Of a DNA stretch of 64,000 bases, positions 59,894 through 64,000 are shown piece after piece. Each line of letters begins with the position of its first letter. Positions within the stretch are counted from its first letter, which is position 1. A program made the translations under genes and the position numbers. Under the pieces are notes generated by a model. It made no database searches, had not been told where the DNA came from, and worked only from the letters and a program-made list of their open reading frames with translations. This stretch comes from a virus: IMG/VR virus record IMGVR_UViG_3300046168_000026, positions 32,001 to 96,000 of that record. One strand, 5' to 3'.

Positions 59894-61080
59894 CTACCTA
59901 CTTCTTTTAAATATGTTTCTTTTGCGTTTTCCCAAGTCATCCCAATAATATCCATGTAATACAATGTATCTGGTTTCAACCTATTCTCATCATGTAACTT
60001 AGTGTATCTTCTAATAGCTTTCTTCTTCCACCATCTGATTGTGTAATCATCACCTTCTTCGAACTTCTTTTTCATCTTCAACTGACTTTCATCAATCTCG
60101 TTTCTTAGAAACTCATTACCATTATCATACATCATTGCGAAGTATACACCTCGTTTAAATCCATGTTGATATTGTGTACTTTTGATTCCCAACTCTTTGA
60201 AAATCATAGACAATATTCTTTGTTTGATACCAGATACAGGTCCTTGGATACCTTCCTTTTGGGTTGTAACTCTTTTGTATTCATCAGCATTATGTTCTTT
60301 CATCCATTGATGCCAGATATCGTAAAATTGATTATCAGGTTTAGTAGAAACTTTACCTGTCGATTCACCTAATGTTTTGAAATGTGGTATTCCATTATAT
60401 TGTGAATGGATTCCATAAAGAGAAGTTGTACCAACTGCGATTAGAGTTTGTCCATACTTTTCTTTCCACAAATCTCTGAATGTAGGTGAAGTGGTCAATG
60501 CCGAAACAAGTTTACCACCTAAGAAATTATATCCCAAAGGTTGTGTTGCGATGATAGATGTACCAATTGTAGTATGATTTAACTTACCATCTTTAAACTT
60601 GTTATCTTTATCCCACCCAATGTATTTATCACGAACACCTAAAGATGTTACATCAGAACCAAGTGAAATTACACCAAGTACTTTACCACTCTTTCGGTCT
60701 TTAGCAAATGCTTTTATATTACGACCTGGATTAGCGGTAAATTCCATTGATGAAATACACTTACGAATATCAGTCCACTTTGCCGTTCCTGCAGAATCTA
60801 CGATTAGTTCAACATAAGGTTCTAACTCTTCAATTTCTTTAATAGTTTGTTCCTTATTTTGAATGTCAGTTGGAGTCCAAATCATATCATAAGACCTTGC
60901 AAGACTTGGTTTTCTTGACATAGACTTAGGTAGGTCTGAGTTCCACTCCTGCCACTTTTTATAAAGAGTTTGTTCCTCAACTGGCATACCTGATAGGTAT
61001 TCCATATTGTCGATGAATCGTTTTCTCTCTACATCATAGTCAAAGACTGGTGCCGCTGGTTCTGTGTCCCAAAATTGCAT
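59890..61080 (-). CDS. DUF4338 / DruA-like protein (probable Mom-related GNAT fold)
   Basis: PGR, GKVLGVISLGS, RDKYIGW, QPLGYNFLGGKL, TTSLYG.HSQYN, LG.S.G. Confidence 0.7.
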   Translation of the reverse strand: MQFWDTEPAAPVFDYDVERKRFIDNMEYLSGMPVEEQTLYKKWQEWNSDLPKSMSRKPSLARSYDMIWTPTDIQNKEQTIKEIEELEPYVELIVDSAGTAKWTDIRKCISSMEFTANPGRNIKAFAKDRKSGKVLGVISLGSDVTSLGVRDKYIGWDKDNKFKDGKLNHTTIGTSIIATQPLGYNFLGGKLVSALTTSPTFRDLWKEKYGQTLIAVGTTSLYGIHSQYNGIPHFKTLGESTGKVSTKPDNQFYDIWHQWMKEHNADEYKRVTTQKEGIQGPVSGIKQRILSMIFKELGIKSTQYQHGFKRGVYFAMMYDNGNEFLRNEIDESQLKMKKKFEEGDDYTIRWWKKKAIRRYTKLHDENRLKPDTLYYMDIIGMTWENAKETYLKEVGR

Positions 61081-61775
61081 TACTTAATCTCCACTAAATA
61101 ATAGTTAGACTTAAATCCATCATTTTCAAATGAAACATGAGCTAATCCATTTGGTGAAATCTTCAATGAAGATGATTTTGCACCCTTGTTAGCATTAAGG
61201 ATTTCCTTTAAGTACTTAGCTGAGAATGATATTGGTTCTACATCACCATCACACTCACATTCTACATTGATTGAGATTCTGTTAGAGTTAATCTTTGAAT
61301 AACCTAAGATTACTTCACCTTTGTTACTTTTACAACTAAATGTAAATGTATCTGAATCAGATAATGCACCTTTAGACTTTACGAATTTGTTTACGAAGTC
61401 ATTGTCCATTTTGATAGTAGATGTAAAATCAGGTAATTGTTTCAAATCTGGAACAACAGGTATTACAGAAAGGTCAGCCAACATATAGTTTACTGAAGTA
61501 CCTTTATCTGAGAACACAAGTGCTGCGTCACCTTCTTTTACACTAATATCTGAATCTAATACAGATAATAGTCCTTTTAATTGAGAAGTAGTGTAAACAC
61601 CATACTCTCCAGTTGGAAAGTCTTTGTTATCACTACTTACATTTCCTAATAGGGTCTTATCATCAGAAATGAATTTTACTGACAACCCTGCATCTGTTGA
61701 ATCAATCTTTACTGATTCTACCTCACCACCCAAATTATATCGAGTAATGAACCCTTCAAACGAGCTTTTTTTCAT
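61080..61775 (-). CDS. sliding clamp (T4 gp45/PCNA-like)
   Basis: 231 aa, FP..E.GVY...L...L and FSAKYL...YYLV patterns; between polymerase and clamp loader. Confidence 0.8.
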   Translation of the reverse strand: MKKSSFEGFITRYNLGGEVESVKIDSTDAGLSVKFISDDKTLLGNVSSDNKDFPTGEYGVYTTSQLKGLLSVLDSDISVKEGDAALVFSDKGTSVNYMLADLSVIPVVPDLKQLPDFTSTIKMDNDFVNKFVKSKGALSDSDTFTFSCKSNKGEVILGYSKINSNRISINVECECDGDVEPISFSAKYLKEILNANKGAKSSSLKISPNGLAHVSFENDGFKSNYYLVEIK

Positions 61776-61805
61776 AATTTACTTTTTACTATTGATTTAT
61801 TATTA

Positions 61806-61840
61806 TACTAATATACGAAATTTATTTTTAAAATCCAAAA
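61806..61840 (-). promoter_or_regulatory. Bacteroidota-type promoter for the clamp operon
   Basis: TTTGG-N19-TATATTAG overlapping the polymerase stop. Confidence 0.6.
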
Positions 61841-63999
61841 AATTCTGCAGCTTTATTTAGATTTGGGTTTGGTTTTTCCCAATTCATAGCTTTATAGAAG
61901 TCATCAAGTTTATTTTCTAACTCCTTTTCCCAAATTCTATCGTAGTCAATATATTGTTCAACGAGTTTTAGAATCTGAGGTGGGTCGTTGTGACCTTTTA
62001 GTCCTGTTGTATCCAATCCAAGAGGATTTGTTTTCAAATATACCCATTTAATCTTATCACCATCTTTCATTGGTTCGTACTTATATGGTACTTTATAAAA
62101 AGCAAGTAATTGATTATATGTTATTGCTGCCTTCACATGCGCTGGTGAACCTTTTACAAATTCACCTAATACTTGAGTCTTTGTTGTGTACTTACTCATA
62201 CCTTTGACTGCCGAGTTCTTTGCTATATCAATGAATGGGCGTTCTTCCATATCTTTTTTGTAGTCAAGAATCTTAGTGTCAATTTCTTTTTTATCAACTG
62301 ACCTTAGTATATCTAATAATACAGTTTTCATTACTTCTTTAAAATATGTTGGGAATGAACTTCGTTTTACATCCAATCCTTTTACATCCAACTTATCACA
62401 ATCAACTTCATTATCATTAATAATCCATTGTGCGTATCGTTTCTTTGAGACCCAAAACCCACCCTTAGCGATTGTTTCTTGTTTTATATCAAATTTATGA
62501 GTATCGATATTAAATAACTTTTTTGACATCGTGTCATAAACTTTATTGATATGACCTTCGACTTCTTTTGCTGCGGATATAATCGCAGGAATCATTTCTT
62601 CATCCGACTCTTCATTAAGTTCTGGATTACGAGCTTTTACTAATGGTGCTGCTTGATAAAAAACAGAATCAGTATCGGTATAAACATTGTAGTCATCTTC
62701 TTTTCCTATTACTTTTGAATAATATTGATTTGCAATTAATTCGGTTGTTTTAATTACAGTTTGACCTGTAATCGTAGTTGCTTCTGCATTATCTACATCG
62801 TAGAATCTGAATGATGGTAATCCCAACACTCCATATAAAGAGTTCAACATAATCTTTTGTACTAATTGTCGTTTACCATAAAACTTATATTGTGCATCGT
62901 TACCCTCTTTACCATATTTTTTCATCAAGTCTTTGTATTCAACTCGTTTGTCAAACCAAACACTTAATATTTCAGGTATAACTCCAACTTTATCTGTTCT
63001 ATATAAAACACCATTTGCAGCAACAGAGTATCTATTCTTTTCAATAAACTTTAGAAATTTATCTTTAGGTAGTGGTGGAAACTCATTACCCTCATCATCC
63101 AAAATAGAGTAAGTATCAATCTTACCTCTCATATGGTCTTCTGCTACATAATTCTTAAGTTTACCAATCTTAGTTTCAGGTGAGATATTGATACTCATAA
63201 TGATTGATGGATATAGTGATGTTAAATCCAAATCATAAACCCATTTGTAAAGACCAGGTTTTGGTTCTTTTACATATGCGCCTGTAAACTTCCCTTCACC
63301 ATCAGACCCATCTGCGTTTCGTTTCTTTCTCCATGGTTTATTGGGTGCTACCCTACCACTCCTTCTAAGGAATGTAAGAATAGCTCCCTCTAACCATTTA
63401 GATGAAAACAGAAAGTCTTCGTAGAACACATGACCTGTATGACATATTGCCCTTGCTAAGTCAATGAATTGTAATTTCTTATCCAAGTCAACTACCAACT
63501 CAACATCAACTAAGTTATACTCAATAAACTTTTCAATATCATCTCTGAATAGTTGGTCTAAGTTTCCTTCATACTCAATCTTACCTCGACCTAACTCAAT
63601 TGTTGCAACAGTATCTAATCGATAGTTGGGTAGTTCTGTAAAGTTATAACACTTATATAAAGCGAGATAATCTAATGCAGATACTCCTGCAATAATATAT
63701 CTGTTTCTGTACTTGTTGTATGATACTTTACCAATTGGTGATAATTGATTTGCATATTGTTGACCGAATAGTAGTTTATATCTATTGTAAAGATATGTAA
63801 CATCAAAGAAATCAATATTCCACCCCGTTACAATAGTTGGATTTATCTCTCTCCACTTGGACATAAACGCTGATAATAATCCCTCTTCAGTATCAAATGA
63901 TTCTACCTTTGCACCTTTGATTGTTTTATCAATCTTTTCACCTTTGTTAACTACATAGACAAAATAGTCATTTGTAATTGAGTCATGTGCTGCGATTGA
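61828..63999 (-). CDS. family B DNA polymerase (5' end beyond window)
   Basis: GWNIDFFD exoII, YNLVD exoIII, DLTSLYPS, KIMLNSLYG, YTDTDS, KKRY; frame stays open to window edge. Confidence 0.97.
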   Translation of the reverse strand, partial: SIAAHDSITNDYFVYVVNKGEKIDKTIKGAKVESFDTEEGLLSAFMSKWREINPTIVTGWNIDFFDVTYLYNRYKLLFGQQYANQLSPIGKVSYNKYRNRYIIAGVSALDYLALYKCYNFTELPNYRLDTVATIELGRGKIEYEGNLDQLFRDDIEKFIEYNLVDVELVVDLDKKLQFIDLARAICHTGHVFYEDFLFSSKWLEGAILTFLRRSGRVAPNKPWRKKRNADGSDGEGKFTGAYVKEPKPGLYKWVYDLDLTSLYPSIIMSINISPETKIGKLKNYVAEDHMRGKIDTYSILDDEGNEFPPLPKDKFLKFIEKNRYSVAANGVLYRTDKVGVIPEILSVWFDKRVEYKDLMKKYGKEGNDAQYKFYGKRQLVQKIMLNSLYGVLGLPSFRFYDVDNAEATTITGQTVIKTTELIANQYYSKVIGKEDDYNVYTDTDSVFYQAAPLVKARNPELNEESDEEMIPAIISAAKEVEGHINKVYDTMSKKLFNIDTHKFDIKQETIAKGGFWVSKKRYAQWIINDNEVDCDKLDVKGLDVKRSSFPTYFKEVMKTVLLDILRSVDKKEIDTKILDYKKDMEERPFIDIAKNSAVKGMSKYTTKTQVLGEFVKGSPAHVKAAITYNQLLAFYKVPYKYEPMKDGDKIKWVYLKTNPLGLDTTGLKGHNDPPQILKLVEQYIDYDRIWEKELENKLDDFYKAMNWEKPNPNLNKAAEFFGF

Positions 64000-64000
64000 A

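Noticed and set aside
59890-61080. Complete Druantia defence system
   Set aside because: No DruE helicase or other dru genes are present; the context is the replication operon.

Overview
AT-rich 64 kb segment of a large, T4-like/jumbo dsDNA bacteriophage; essentially all genes are on the minus strand. The host is probably Bacteroidota (Flavobacteria-like): TTTG-N20-TAnnTT promoters, no Shine-Dalgarno sites. In direction of transcription (right to left) it holds: (1) a replication operon (family B polymerase, sliding clamp, a DUF4338/DruA-like protein, clamp loader subunits, Nmad1/DUF1599, PD-(D/E)XK nuclease); (2) a ~15 kb glycan-biosynthesis cluster, including an aldolase-KdsB fusion and a Maf-like transferase; (3) a lysis/membrane module; (4) probable virion-associated enzymes; (5) GroES/GroEL/DnaJ/ClpS; (6) a ~1.4 kb non-coding origin/terminus-like region; (7) five canonical tRNAs; (8) thyA and many small accessory genes; (9) a MoxR-AAA/vWA pair. 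The most striking signal is a tandem pair of covarying, non-canonical tRNA-Gly-like RNAs that keep all GlyRS identity elements but lack the conserved elbow and decoding nucleotides. Together with the Mom/GNAT-like DUF4338 gene inside the replisome operon, they suggest (by inference) a Gly-tRNA-dependent DNA modification system. Also notable are a ~65 bp repeated promoter element that supplies the stop codons of upstream genes, and an unannotated ArfA-like ribosome-rescue peptide. All family assignments come from motif recognition, not database searches.
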